From a virus (taxonomy: Duplodnaviria > Caudoviricetes): a stretch of DNA of 31,768 bases. The position numbers and the translations under genes are program-made. Every line of letters begins with the position of its first letter. The first letter of the stretch is position 1. The notes beneath the pieces were generated by a model. It worked only from the letters and a program-made list of their open reading frames with translations. It was not told where the DNA came from and searched no databases. Shown in pieces: positions 8,786 to 18,452 of the stretch. The stretch covers positions 1-31,768 of the IMG/VR virus record IMGVR_UViG_3300037603_000045. One strand, 5' to 3'.

Positions 8786-8808
8786 ATTATCGCGCGCGCG
8801 GGGTTTAT

Positions 8809-8825
8809 GGGCTGACAGGTGTCAG
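8809..8825 (-). promoter_or_regulatory. Late-promoter activator site (sheath operon)
   Basis: GGG-CTGAC-AGGT-GTCAG; same motif at 22088 and 30933; GATAATCT -10-like element downstream on the minus strand. Confidence 0.75.
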
Positions 8826-8851
8826 TTGCGCCGCCGCTATGCAAAGCATGT

Positions 8852-8880
8852 TTGCCAAGCCCTCGTGACGCGACTTAAGA
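8852..8880 (+). promoter_or_regulatory. Putative sigma70 promoter of the HEPN-like moron
   Basis: TTGCCA-N17-TTAAGA, then SD AGGAGG at 8903-8908. Confidence 0.4.
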
Positions 8881-8913
8881 GTGTGATCCCGTATCTGAGA
8901 GCAGGAGGATGTC

Positions 8914-9459
8914 ATGAGCTCTGACGATGAGTTAGAGAAAACCAAACAGGAGGTAGATCTGCATCTGCTCGCGGTCGGCAGGTGCATAAATCAATGGGCA
9001 CAATTGGAGATGCAGTTGTTTGGCCTCTTTTCACTTGCGCTGAACACGCGCGACGACTTTGCGGCTATCATTTTTTATAAAGATCATGCGTTTCGCTCTA
9101 AGTTAAAGCTGGCTGACGAGATCGTAGAAGCCCGGCTCGCAATAGGCACACCAGAAGCAGAGAAATGGAAATTGCTTTGCAAGCGGATTGGCACAAAGTC
9201 GGAGTATCGCAATCGTGCCGCTCATTTTGCGCTATGGAGACGGCGGGAGATGACACTCGGCCCCGACGGACTATTGCGCGACGAAGACACAGGTTATGTT
9301 GCTAGGCCTCATCCAGATCGACTGAAGCGTCCACGGGAGAAGCAGACTGGCATAGACGTTTCAGGGCTTCTAACTTCCGTTGACGTAGCAGCATCACTGC
9401 ACCGCGAACTAGCTGAATTTATTCCCGTCATCAAAGACAAGCTGCGGAGCCGACGATGA
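8914..9459 (+). CDS. Accessory protein, HEPN-like (RX4H)
   Basis: Strong SD; opposite strand; lower GC; AVGRCINQWAQLE N-terminal helix and RNRAAH motif. Confidence 0.7.
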   Translation: MSSDDELEKTKQEVDLHLLAVGRCINQWAQLEMQLFGLFSLALNTRDDFAAIIFYKDHAFRSKLKLADEIVEARLAIGTPEAEKWKLLCKRIGTKSEYRNRAAHFALWRRREMTLGPDGLLRDEDTGYVARPHPDRLKRPREKQTGIDVSGLLTSVDVAASLHRELAEFIPVIKDKLRSRR

Positions 9460-9480
9460 TGTGTGGGTTCAACCAGTCGG

Positions 9481-10011
9481 TCACAGCCAATAGGTTTCGT
9501 TCGTGGCGTAGTCTGCCGGTATCGGGTCCATCGCCTTGATCACTTTAGCCGCGAACACCAGTTGCGTTTCCACCGTCGCTGCCGCCGCGCCGAAGGCCAT
9601 GACGGTCTGCGCATCCATTTTCACGGTACTGTTGTCAAAGGCAATCCACTCGAAATCAGTGCTCTCACCGTGCCACCGGTAATCACCGGGTTGAGCGCCG
9701 CCAATAATGGCACCAAGAGCCAGCGTCCCGGCACCGTTAATGCGACGAATGGCTTTCTCGTCACGCTGGTAAACAACACCATTGAACGTGAAGTTCAGCT
9801 GCAAACGCCTGTCACGTTCGGCGTCGACATCGGCGGATGTTGGCGAGGGTGCCGGAGGCGGCGAGAATGTCTGGCCGTCATAGGACCAACCCACCCCGGC
9901 ATATTCATCAGCAGCAAGCGTTGCTTCTGGCAAGAGCGCCTGGGCAGCAACAAGCGATTGGGCCTCAATGACATTCGCGACTTGGCTGTTTTCTATGATC
10001 TGAATGCGCAT
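9481..10011 (-). CDS. Tail fibre-associated protein (DUF4376-like)
   Basis: GVGWSYDGQTFSPP and VDAERDRRL...FEWIAFDNSTVKMDA; follows the fibre gene. Confidence 0.8.
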   Translation of the reverse strand: MRIQIIENSQVANVIEAQSLVAAQALLPEATLAADEYAGVGWSYDGQTFSPPPAPSPTSADVDAERDRRLQLNFTFNGVVYQRDEKAIRRINGAGTLALGAIIGGAQPGDYRWHGESTDFEWIAFDNSTVKMDAQTVMAFGAAAATVETQLVFAAKVIKAMDPIPADYATNETYWL

Positions 10012-10020
10012 GTCTTCACC

Positions 10021-11334
10021 TCACCACAGAACGATGCAGGCACCGGAAGCGCCAGGGCCACCGGAACTGGGAGAACCCACACCCCCCAAACCGTACAACG
10101 CTCCAAATCCGGATGAGCCACCAGAACCTGTATTGACCAGGCCGCCCGGAGTGACACCCGCAGCGCCTTCCATCCTGAAGCCCCCATAGGTCGAGTTTAC
10201 ATTGCTTGTAGTCAGCGCCCCGAAACTTGTGGCCCCACCGTTTGTCCGCCCCGAGTTGTTGGTCCCTGTCGCGCCGGTCCCGCCAGCGCCGATAGTTACC
10301 GTGACATCAGCCGATACATCGAACAGCGCGAGTGCAGCATCTCCGCCCTTTCCACCTTGACCGGCCAATGAGCCATTACCCGAGCCGCCCCCCTGGCCTC
10401 CATTGATCGGGATTACCAGGACTTTGTCGACACCCTCGGGACGCGTCCAGGTTCCCGACGAAGTGAACACCTCCATGTTTCGGAACGGGAGTTTGCTCAG
10501 GAGCTCAGCAAAGGCTGCCTGCACATTCTCGGCCGACATGCCGAGGCCCGCCGGATCGAAGCTGGTGGCGGCGGCGACCAAGCCGTCGGCCCCGACTTTT
10601 TCCCCTAAACCAGTGTCGACTTCGGTTTTCGAATAGGTTTCTGCCTTCGGATAGTAGGAAGCCGGATCAAACGTCGCAGCAGCCTCTGCAGCGAGAACCG
10701 CTATATTGCGGGCATCGACTGCTTCGCCCCGCGCAGCCACTGCCGTTGCCCGATCATCTGCGACAACCATCCTGTCTGCCGCGACCTGATCAGAACGGGT
10801 GCGAACCTCGGCAAGCATCGACTGAACCGCGTTGGAGACACCGGCAGTCGCGACGATCACCCAATCCTCATGAGGGCCTTCATCCCCAAAGGCGGCAATC
10901 ACCTCGATCATCAGTTCGCCGGTCTCGGGCTCCCATCCGATCAGCCGTGTGACCGCAATATCGTCGGGCGTGCTTTCGCGTGTCAGGGCCGGAAAAGGTC
11001 CTGGCACAAAGGTCGCTCGCTCATGCTCGTCATCAATGACAAGCGTGAGCACATTGTCCGCCGCGATTGTCGCTGACGTCGATGAGCGGGCCATGAGGAA
11101 GCCGCGCTCCTGGATCAGCAACACGGACGCGATCGCCGGCGTCAGCACTTCGTTTATGCGCTGCAGACCGACATCGCGGATCAACTGCTCGACAGCTTCC
11201 AGCGAGGCCTTCTTGTCCTCGACCGGCCGCAACCGCAGCTCGATCGTGTCGAGCAGCCGCTCCAGCATCTGAAGGTCGAACAGCGTGTCGCCATTCAGAC
11301 GAAGCGTCTCACGAAGTGTGCGGCGATAGCTCAC
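10021..11334 (-). CDS. Tail fibre protein with glycine-rich C-terminal domain
   Basis: Ala-rich coiled segment, YSKTEVD repeats, FTSSGTWTRPEGV...GGQGGGSG Gly-rich tip. Confidence 0.82.
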   Translation of the reverse strand: MSYRRTLRETLRLNGDTLFDLQMLERLLDTIELRLRPVEDKKASLEAVEQLIRDVGLQRINEVLTPAIASVLLIQERGFLMARSSTSATIAADNVLTLVIDDEHERATFVPGPFPALTRESTPDDIAVTRLIGWEPETGELMIEVIAAFGDEGPHEDWVIVATAGVSNAVQSMLAEVRTRSDQVAADRMVVADDRATAVAARGEAVDARNIAVLAAEAAATFDPASYYPKAETYSKTEVDTGLGEKVGADGLVAAATSFDPAGLGMSAENVQAAFAELLSKLPFRNMEVFTSSGTWTRPEGVDKVLVIPINGGQGGGSGNGSLAGQGGKGGDAALALFDVSADVTVTIGAGGTGATGTNNSGRTNGGATSFGALTTSNVNSTYGGFRMEGAAGVTPGGLVNTGSGGSSGFGALYGLGGVGSPSSGGPGASGACIVLW

Positions 11335-11494
11335 TGATGCTGTCCTTGTTGCTGAGGATCACGCGGCCTTTGAGCACGGCCCTGGTGCCTGGCCGCACCC
11401 ATGTCCGTCCGATCTGGATCGGCCGCCTCAGGGAGACATCGTAGGATGCCTCGGGGTCGACCCCCGCAAACATGTCTTCGCTTTTCTTGCTCAT
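11309..11494 (-). CDS. Small hypothetical tail-region protein
   Basis: ATG with SD GAAGGA; fills the gap between two tail genes. Confidence 0.65.
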   Translation of the reverse strand: MSKKSEDMFAGVDPEASYDVSLRRPIQIGRTWVRPGTRAVLKGRVILSNKDSISELSPHTS

Positions 11495-11517
11495 GGTGTT
11501 TCCTTCTCTGTGTCGTG

Positions 11518-13896
11518 TCAGGCGACGTAGGCCACGTCGGTGCGTTCCATCACACTGAACAGTTTCCAGGGATCCGAACTCGCGCCTTCAATCCTGATCT
11601 TGTAGCTGTCGATTGCAGGGGAGAGGTTGAAGACGAACTTCCTGGTCATCAGGCTCACTTCAGTTTCCGGCTCCTGCAGGTCGACCGTCGCGTCTGCCGT
11701 TTCCACCGTGGCAAAGGTTGCGCCCGTGAGCAGCTTGACGGTGAGCGTATTGTCAGAAGCATGCCAATGTGCGCACCGGACAGTCACCTCTATGGTATCG
11801 GCAGCGGCCGGCAGCGTCCGTTCGGTGGAGATGTGGACAAACGCATCGTCGCCATGCGATACCGTGACGCAGGACCGGGCAGCGCCGATCCCGAAGCCGG
11901 GCATTGCATCCGTTGTGCCGATGAGAACAGCGCGCAGCTGCACAAGGGCGGGCTGACTTGCAAGCGGACCTGCAAGGTTGTCGGTCGGGCTGGGCAGCGA
12001 CACCCATCCGGTTCCGGGGTTCATCTCGAACCTGACACTGGCCCCATCAGGCGTTGCCGTATCGGCATTGAGTTCCAGATAGCCGATGCCGCCGGCGAGC
12101 GTCGCAGGATCAAGCTGCACCTCGACGCGGGTCTGGTCGTAGCCTGCGAACACCAGTTCGAAGGCAAGATCGATGTCGCCGGCAGCGCCGATCCATTCGC
12201 CGCCGCTCTTCTGGAAGAACGCGCCCTGGGCATATTTCTCGCCATGGACGCGGGCCAGCCAATGCGACCCTTGAGAAACCATCCACAAGCCATACCGGCG
12301 GCCCTTGACCATCGACACATTGCCGAAATCGAAGATGGTCGCTGTGTCCCCGGCCGGGTCGGCACTGATCGCGGCAGGCACAATCGTCGCCTTGCCGAGT
12401 ACAGCGTTTGTATTGGGCTTGCCGGAGGCGTCGAGCTCAGTGACGAACAGATGAACATCACCCGACGCGGCCTTGCGCGTAAAGAAGACGTTGACCTTGC
12501 GCAACGCGCCTTCCTGGGCATTGAGGAATGTCTGCCCTATCTGGAAACCCTGCACGGTCTCGGAATGGACAACCGCCTCCTGATAGGGCTCCTGGATCGT
12601 CTTGACGATATAGTGCCTCCAGTAGGGGGTAAGGACATATCCGGTGCCATATGGCCCACCGTATTTTTCCCAGTCGCGGACAATGTCCGTGGACCAGTTG
12701 TACTCCCAGACTTCCTTCTCCTCGGTCACCGGGTTGGTGCGCTCGACAAAGATCATCTGCAGGCCTTGGCCGTAGTAGTCATACTGGCCAAACCGCGTTT
12801 TCCATCCTTCACCCTCGCCGGCAAAGCCAGGGGATTGAAACTGACCGAGCATCTGGATTTCTGTGCGCGAGCGCGTTTTCTGAACGTATTCGGTGGTGCT
12901 GGATGTGTGAGTGGCCAGCGCCACTTCACTGTCGCGGCCGCGCACTGAAAGGCGTGTCACATCGACAGAACGCGGAAACACCATATTGTCGGTGACGGTT
13001 ATGCGCTCATCAAGCGGATTGGTCAGCGCCAGTGCTGCCCGCGCGACGGCCGCATCCGGAAAATACAAGCCCTCATCAACAAGCGCGTCATAATCACCAT
13101 GTTCGGTGTCGGACAGATCGTCGCGCTGGAAGTTGTCGGCCGCCCAGGCCATGTAGTCGTCAGGCAGATCGGCAAGGCGCTTGGTGCGGGCGAAGTCGGA
13201 AGCGAGATTGACCAGCATCGACATTGGCGCATGGGTGCGCATCGCCTGCGCCAGACCGGAGATATCGGTGCGCAGCGTGTCGATCTGAGAGCCGGCCAGA
13301 TCGAGGCGCTTTTCGACCAGCGTCAGGCGCGTGTTCAGGCTCTTGAGCGAGAGCAGCCGGTTGGCGGCGATCATCTCGATCGACACGATACCGGTTGTGT
13401 CCAGCGTCACGTGCGCGATGCCGAGAACATTCGCATCAAGTGCGGGTGGCTGTGGGTCGACGTTCTCCTGACCAGCGACACGGTCCACGTAAGCCACGCG
13501 CCGGCTCTCGGTCGCGACAACGCGGGCTTCCGTGGTGCGTGTCACAGGGTCAAGCAGGAAGGTCCGCGGCTCCGTGTTGGTATCAACCGTGTTGCCCCAG
13601 ACGACAACGGTAACAATCCGCTTGGTCACAGCCGGCAGAAGCGTCGACAGATCAATAGGCACGCCACCTTCGTCATCACGGGCAAAGACCACGCCATCAC
13701 GATAGTACCGACCAGGAGCGACGGTGACCTCCGCAGGGCCGCTTTCGACCACCGAGAACTGGATGTAGCCCGGCTGGTCGGTGATCGCGTCCTTGACCAC
13801 ATGGTCGAGCGATGCACGCGGGAACTTGCCGAAATTGTCGAAGTCGGTCGCGGTGACGATCTGGTTCTGCTGTACTTTGACGATGCGTTCGGTCAT
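11518..13896 (-). CDS. Large baseplate/tail fibre-proximal structural protein
   Basis: 792-aa beta-rich ORF after gpI; SD GAGGA. Confidence 0.8.
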   Translation of the reverse strand: MTERIVKVQQNQIVTATDFDNFGKFPRASLDHVVKDAITDQPGYIQFSVVESGPAEVTVAPGRYYRDGVVFARDDEGGVPIDLSTLLPAVTKRIVTVVVWGNTVDTNTEPRTFLLDPVTRTTEARVVATESRRVAYVDRVAGQENVDPQPPALDANVLGIAHVTLDTTGIVSIEMIAANRLLSLKSLNTRLTLVEKRLDLAGSQIDTLRTDISGLAQAMRTHAPMSMLVNLASDFARTKRLADLPDDYMAWAADNFQRDDLSDTEHGDYDALVDEGLYFPDAAVARAALALTNPLDERITVTDNMVFPRSVDVTRLSVRGRDSEVALATHTSSTTEYVQKTRSRTEIQMLGQFQSPGFAGEGEGWKTRFGQYDYYGQGLQMIFVERTNPVTEEKEVWEYNWSTDIVRDWEKYGGPYGTGYVLTPYWRHYIVKTIQEPYQEAVVHSETVQGFQIGQTFLNAQEGALRKVNVFFTRKAASGDVHLFVTELDASGKPNTNAVLGKATIVPAAISADPAGDTATIFDFGNVSMVKGRRYGLWMVSQGSHWLARVHGEKYAQGAFFQKSGGEWIGAAGDIDLAFELVFAGYDQTRVEVQLDPATLAGGIGYLELNADTATPDGASVRFEMNPGTGWVSLPSPTDNLAGPLASQPALVQLRAVLIGTTDAMPGFGIGAARSCVTVSHGDDAFVHISTERTLPAAADTIEVTVRCAHWHASDNTLTVKLLTGATFATVETADATVDLQEPETEVSLMTRKFVFNLSPAIDSYKIRIEGASSDPWKLFSVMERTDVAYVA

Positions 13897-13906
13897 CGGG
13901 GTGTCC

Positions 13907-15178
13907 TCAGAGGTGGTTCGGAGTGCGCGCGTTGAGCGCGCGGGGCTGATCCAGGCGACGGCCTTGGCCGAGCGTGATGGGGCGGGTGGTTTCGAAGCTG
14001 ACGCGGATCTGATCCGTGAACCGTTTGGAGGCCGTCACGGCATCCATGACGAACTCGACATGAGACAGATCTTCTGCGAGCGCCGCGTCTTCGCCCACGT
14101 AGGATGTCTCGACGACGAAAGACGAAAGCTCCGGGAGGTAGCCTTCCGCGCGGATGAGCATTTCACCCCGTTTTCTGGGGAATGAGACCCGAGTGACGTT
14201 GGCGAAGGACATGGCATCGACAATCGGCGCTGCCACCGATGGCTCGTGCAGATAGAGCACGTCCGCCAGCAGCGCGCTGCCGTCATTCGCGCCGGCGAAG
14301 CCAGTATGAGCCGCATCCATGCTCGCGAAGAACTGCCCTCTGCCGTTGCCGATATCGCTTTCGCGATAGAAGCGGACGTCCAGCGGATCGTAGCCGATCG
14401 GAACCGATGTCAGAGACAGTTCGCTCTGCTCGCGCACATAGGTGCTGTCGACCCGGTAACTGAACACTTGCGGCTGGGTTTCGGCGGCATCGGCAAAATC
14501 ATTGCCGGCGGCTCCGTCATCTGCGGCAAGCCCGAAGCTGCAGGAGCCAGGGATCACGACGCGCTCGAATTCGGTCGCGTTTCGCAAAGTGCGCGCTGAC
14601 GTAACAGTCACCACCCGCAACGGCTCGTCTTCGGCGTCTGCCGTGCGACGTAGCAGCGCGCGGCGGCCGTAAAGAGCAGGCCCGTCATTGATGCCGGGCG
14701 CATCCACGTCGACGGCGCAAACATCGGCAAAGCATCCGGCCGGAGCCAGCCATTCGCCCTGGCTGTGGCCGAGCGTGATGCGAAGCCGAGGCATCAGCGA
14801 GATCCATCCGTCCCATTGCTCCTTGGACAGATCCGGTGCTGCGAAGAACCCGCCGGGAGGCGTCAGAGTTTCGACCAGTTCGCCATCGGCGATCTCGATG
14901 TAGCGGCGATGCCCTTCCTCGGTCGTCTTGAAGTGATGATCCTGGGGAGCGCTGTCGATGACCGAGCGCTTTTTCTCGGCCAGCCAGTCTTCGTTCCAGA
15001 TGTCGACCGACCGTTCGAAAGCGAGAAAGGAGAGCAGATGCTCCGGGCAGTCCCAGGGATTGCGTGAGCGCCTTATGATATCGTCATCGAGCGCGACCCA
15101 GCGTTCGCCGGAAGTGGTCTCGATTGCGCGCTCGAAAGGCGTTGTTTCTGCACGAAGGATGGTGGCGACATCAGTCAT
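13907..15178 (-). CDS. Tail/baseplate protein I (P2 gpI-like, extended)
   Basis: NPWDCPEHLLSFLAFERSVDIWNEDW motif; start re-called to the ATG at 15178. Confidence 0.9.
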   Translation of the reverse strand: MTDVATILRAETTPFERAIETTSGERWVALDDDIIRRSRNPWDCPEHLLSFLAFERSVDIWNEDWLAEKKRSVIDSAPQDHHFKTTEEGHRRYIEIADGELVETLTPPGGFFAAPDLSKEQWDGWISLMPRLRITLGHSQGEWLAPAGCFADVCAVDVDAPGINDGPALYGRRALLRRTADAEDEPLRVVTVTSARTLRNATEFERVVIPGSCSFGLAADDGAAGNDFADAAETQPQVFSYRVDSTYVREQSELSLTSVPIGYDPLDVRFYRESDIGNGRGQFFASMDAAHTGFAGANDGSALLADVLYLHEPSVAAPIVDAMSFANVTRVSFPRKRGEMLIRAEGYLPELSSFVVETSYVGEDAALAEDLSHVEFVMDAVTASKRFTDQIRVSFETTRPITLGQGRRLDQPRALNARTPNHL

Positions 15179-16106
15179 GATGCACCTGCACATTGACCGT
15201 AATGCCGGTGCAGACAGCCAGTTCCCCATCGCCCATCACCACATCGGAGAAAGGAGCGTCGACCACGACGCGATCGACCGGACCGACCGTCGCCGCTGCA
15301 ATGATCGCCGAAAGAGGCACATCGCGGGCCGGCACGCGTCGCGCCGCAGCCATGGCGGCAAGGCTGTCTTCGGCGGTGGAACGGACGGACGCCGGATCAG
15401 GACCAGGCCTCACAAATACGGTCACGGCAATCGTGTAATCGTGCCGCGTCACCGAACTGACAGAGAGGACGTCCGTGAAAGGCTTGACGTCTTTGCGGGT
15501 CATGTGCGCCCGGACCTTGTCGACCAGAGGAGCAGATGCCTCCGCGCCGCCATCGCGCGCCTGGATGGCGATCTGAACACTGTCGTCGCTGGCGACCCAG
15601 AGGTCGGCATTGAGGACGCCGACATCCGACGACAGCGCATGAAACAATAGCCCGCCTTCCGTGCCGGCCGTGGCATAGGCCTCAGGCGCAAGCAAAAGCC
15701 GTCGGCGGTATTCCTCATCGCGCTCCATCACGGCCGCCGCACCTTCCGACGCTGGCACAATGGTCCGGCGCAACATCAGGTCGCGGTGAGAAACAGGAAG
15801 ATGCAGCGACGATGTCAGGCCAAGATGATCGAGATCAGATTTTGTCGCGAAGGCGATCAGGCCCGATTTGACTGCGTCATTGATGCGCGCATAGGCCAGC
15901 AGTTCCCGGAACGCGTCCGCGCGCTCCACGATGATCGCCGGATCCGTGAGCAGGCTTTCGACATCAAAACCGATGTCGGCCTCATCGAGAAGTTCGACAA
16001 GACGAGCCTTTCGCTCGGCCATGATGACTTCGAAATCGATGCCTTGGATGGCGAGCGGCGCGCTGTAGCGTGACAGGTCCAGGGTCTGTGACGAGAATGC
16101 CGACAT
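15171..16106 (-). CDS. Baseplate J protein
   Basis: RINDAVKS..IAFATKSDLDHLG, ERDEEYRRR..LAPEAYATAG, DVKPFTD. Confidence 0.93.
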   Translation of the reverse strand: MSAFSSQTLDLSRYSAPLAIQGIDFEVIMAERKARLVELLDEADIGFDVESLLTDPAIIVERADAFRELLAYARINDAVKSGLIAFATKSDLDHLGLTSSLHLPVSHRDLMLRRTIVPASEGAAAVMERDEEYRRRLLLAPEAYATAGTEGGLLFHALSSDVGVLNADLWVASDDSVQIAIQARDGGAEASAPLVDKVRAHMTRKDVKPFTDVLSVSSVTRHDYTIAVTVFVRPGPDPASVRSTAEDSLAAMAAARRVPARDVPLSAIIAAATVGPVDRVVVDAPFSDVVMGDGELAVCTGITVNVQVHHD

Positions 16107-16128
16107 CAATTGATTCCGATCTTCCGGT

Positions 16129-16536
16129 TCATGCCGCAACTCCGGTCAATCTGTTGAAGCTGATGGCGGCGATCGCAGTGTCGGGGATGGCGATGTCGTA
16201 GTTCCCGAAACGGCCTTCGGGATAATAGGTGCCGGCATATTTGAGCCCGAGCGTGCCGTCGCGCGTGACGCGAACCAGGCGCAGGTTTGAGATCCGGTAT
16301 TCGGGTTCGAATGTGTGGGCCGCGACCACCAGAGAACTGTAGATCTGCAGAGCCAGGCCCGGCGTGATGTCCTCGGAAAGATGCCCGCGCACGTCAGATC
16401 CGAAGTCGAGCGCCATGACGAGTTCCAACAGTCGCGTTGTCCAGATGACGCCGAGCGACTGATGCACATGCGCAACCCCGCGCAACACCTTTCCAGTGTG
16501 GCGGTTGATCCCGGTTCTGTAGCGGACAGCGCGCAT
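16129..16536 (-). CDS. Baseplate wedge gpW/gp25 family
   Basis: TGINRHTGK..HVHQSLGVIWTT...DFGS, FEPEYR. Confidence 0.9.
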   Translation of the reverse strand: MRAVRYRTGINRHTGKVLRGVAHVHQSLGVIWTTRLLELVMALDFGSDVRGHLSEDITPGLALQIYSSLVVAAHTFEPEYRISNLRLVRVTRDGTLGLKYAGTYYPEGRFGNYDIAIPDTAIAAISFNRLTGVAA

Positions 16537-16551
16537 GCGTGAGACGATCCT

Positions 16552-16764
16552 TTACTCGGTTTCCGGCGCAGGCGGGGTCGTAGCGGGCTCGATCGAGCCC
16601 ATGCGGAGCTCGTGGTCGGCTTCCAGCTCGCCGAACGTGACGATGTCACCAGCCTTGGCGCGCTTTCCATTGACCTTCGGTCCGGCCATGTCCGTCACCA
16701 CGAAGTCACGCGGCCATGGGCCTTGAGGCGCTTTGGGTGCGGCTGGTTTTGCTTTACGTGCCAT
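16552..16764 (-). CDS. Small hypothetical protein
   Basis: ATG at 16764 with SD GAGGA; lies between gpV and gpW. Confidence 0.7.
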   Translation of the reverse strand: MARKAKPAAPKAPQGPWPRDFVVTDMAGPKVNGKRAKAGDIVTFGELEADHELRMGSIEPATTPPAPETE

Positions 16765-16774
16765 GCTGTTTTCC

Positions 16775-17344
16775 TCAGGTTGCTGAAACGATGCCGGAGC
16801 CTTCGACGATCGGCCAAAGGCCTGCGCTGGATCCGGTCTCGACCAGGACGCGATCGCCGACGCGCGCGACCTTCTCGCCGCCTTCACCGCCGAGCGTGAC
16901 GGTCTGGGCATCGATATGAACATTGTCGGCGGTCAGCCGGTGGCCGTCCTGCTGGATGGTCCAGCGCGCCCCAGACGCAAATTCGATGACGGCCTCGGTG
17001 TCCTTGTCGGACGGCGGATTATGATCCTGGTCGTAGGTGGCCCATTGCGCCGAGGAACCAGCGCCGATGGTGCCGGACTGCGAGGTCAGCAACATCTGCT
17101 CGTTGTCGGCCGGCACGGCGTGGATCTTGAGCGTTCCTGCGCCCTGCTGCTGCCAGCGCACAGGCGGCGAAAGCACTTCCTCGCCTTTCGCATCGGTTCC
17201 GAGGATCAGGCGCACGGTGCGCTTTTGCAGATCCTGGCTGCCCGGCTTGACCTTGCCCGGCAGGAGCGTGGTCGCAAGCCGCCGGTCGAGCTTCTGGACC
17301 TTGCGGTGCAAAGTGCGAAGTTCCGAGGAGATGAGCCTGCTCAC
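16775..17344 (-). CDS. Baseplate spike protein V
   Basis: OB-fold-like N-terminus (SPPVRWQQQGAG); C-terminus VTLGGEGGEKVARVGDRV..GSSAGLWPIVEGS. Confidence 0.9.
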   Translation of the reverse strand: MSRLISSELRTLHRKVQKLDRRLATTLLPGKVKPGSQDLQKRTVRLILGTDAKGEEVLSPPVRWQQQGAGTLKIHAVPADNEQMLLTSQSGTIGAGSSAQWATYDQDHNPPSDKDTEAVIEFASGARWTIQQDGHRLTADNVHIDAQTVTLGGEGGEKVARVGDRVLVETGSSAGLWPIVEGSGIVSAT

Positions 17345-17973
17345 GGGTCCATCTCCTCGATCCCGGCGTTCTCAACCAGGGCGCGGATCTCGGCAGGGAT
17401 GTCGCCATCCTCGAACAGGACCTGCTCGTCTTCGGTTTCGCTTACGGTAGGCGCAAGGCCAGGGAACGGAGGCTCGCCGGTTTCGATCAGCTCCTGGCTC
17501 CAGGTCACTGCATAATAGGCGATGCCCTTGGCGAAGGATCTGGAGGTGAACAGCGGCTTGAACTCGGGCGCGCTGGGCAGTCCGATGTTCATGAGCCCCC
17601 AGGCGGCTTCGTCTTCGTCGCCCAGCACCCGGATCAGAAAGCCGCCGATCGCATGGCCGACGCTCTCGCGCTCGAACCGCCTCTTGGCCGCATTGTCAGC
17701 CCGATCCTCGACCACGACATAGGCCGTCCAGTCGATCTGCAGCCCAAAGCCCGAGGCGATGTCCTCGACGGTGCGGATGCGGCTCCAGCCGATGGCGATG
17801 CCCGGCGTCTTGACGATGTCCTCGGTGACCACATCGGAGATATCGAGCTTGCCGGGATGCGAGCGGACGGCAACATCGGGCAGAAGCGCCCGAAGGCGGG
17901 CGACGATCGCCGCCTTGACTTCATCGACACGGTTGGTGGCGAGCAGCGCATTGAGCGTGGTCGGCTCGATCAT
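17341..17973 (-). CDS. Mu gp37-like tail terminator/neck protein
   Basis: Position after gpG; HPGKLD...YYAVTWSQ pattern. Confidence 0.7.
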   Translation of the reverse strand: MIEPTTLNALLATNRVDEVKAAIVARLRALLPDVAVRSHPGKLDISDVVTEDIVKTPGIAIGWSRIRTVEDIASGFGLQIDWTAYVVVEDRADNAAKRRFERESVGHAIGGFLIRVLGDEDEAAWGLMNIGLPSAPEFKPLFTSRSFAKGIAYYAVTWSQELIETGEPPFPGLAPTVSETEDEQVLFEDGDIPAEIRALVENAGIEEMDP

Positions 17974-18452
17974 TGCAGCGACCCTCCCAGAACATCGGTG
18001 ATCAGCTCCTCGATCTCGGCCTCATTCTCCGATGACAGGCCGACAAAGGGCCGCGCCGGGATGGTGACCTTCGATGCGCCCACGGTCTTGCCGCCGATCT
18101 GGAAGATCAGTGCCCTGGCGTTTTTCGGCACGATCGTCATGCCGTCCTGGTGAACATGGGCGTGCTCCCAGGTGGCTCCCCATTCGGCCATGTCGGGTGA
18201 GGCTTCAGAGGCGATCGACTGCAACAGATGCTGGCCGGTCTGAAGAAGGATCGACGTGCCCTCGTTGTTTGGCTTCCAGGCCGATCCATCCGGCGCTGTT
18301 TTCTCCTCCGAGATCCTGCGCCGCGTCTGGCTCTCGCCAAGGGCCGCAATGCCGGTCATCAGTTCCGATGGATCGAAGTCGAAGATCGGCTTGAGGCGAT
18401 TGAACACCTTGTCGAAATCATCGCTCTCGATGATGATCGAGATCCCGCCCAT
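17970..18452 (-). CDS. Virion morphogenesis protein (Mu gpG / P2 S family)
   Basis: APDGSAWKP, LLQTGQHLLQSI, AHVHQDG, IPARPFVGLS. Confidence 0.92.
   Translation of the reverse strand: MGGISIIIESDDFDKVFNRLKPIFDFDPSELMTGIAALGESQTRRRISEEKTAPDGSAWKPNNEGTSILLQTGQHLLQSIASEASPDMAEWGATWEHAHVHQDGMTIVPKNARALIFQIGGKTVGASKVTIPARPFVGLSSENEAEIEELITDVLGGSLQ

Noticed and set aside
9481-11334. DGR or invertible tail-fibre cassette
   Set aside because: No reverse transcriptase, invertase, or TR/VR or inverted-repeat pair seen
11401-12948. 515-aa plus-strand ORF
   Set aside because: Antisense shadow of the 792-aa tail gene in high-GC DNA; no recognisable motifs
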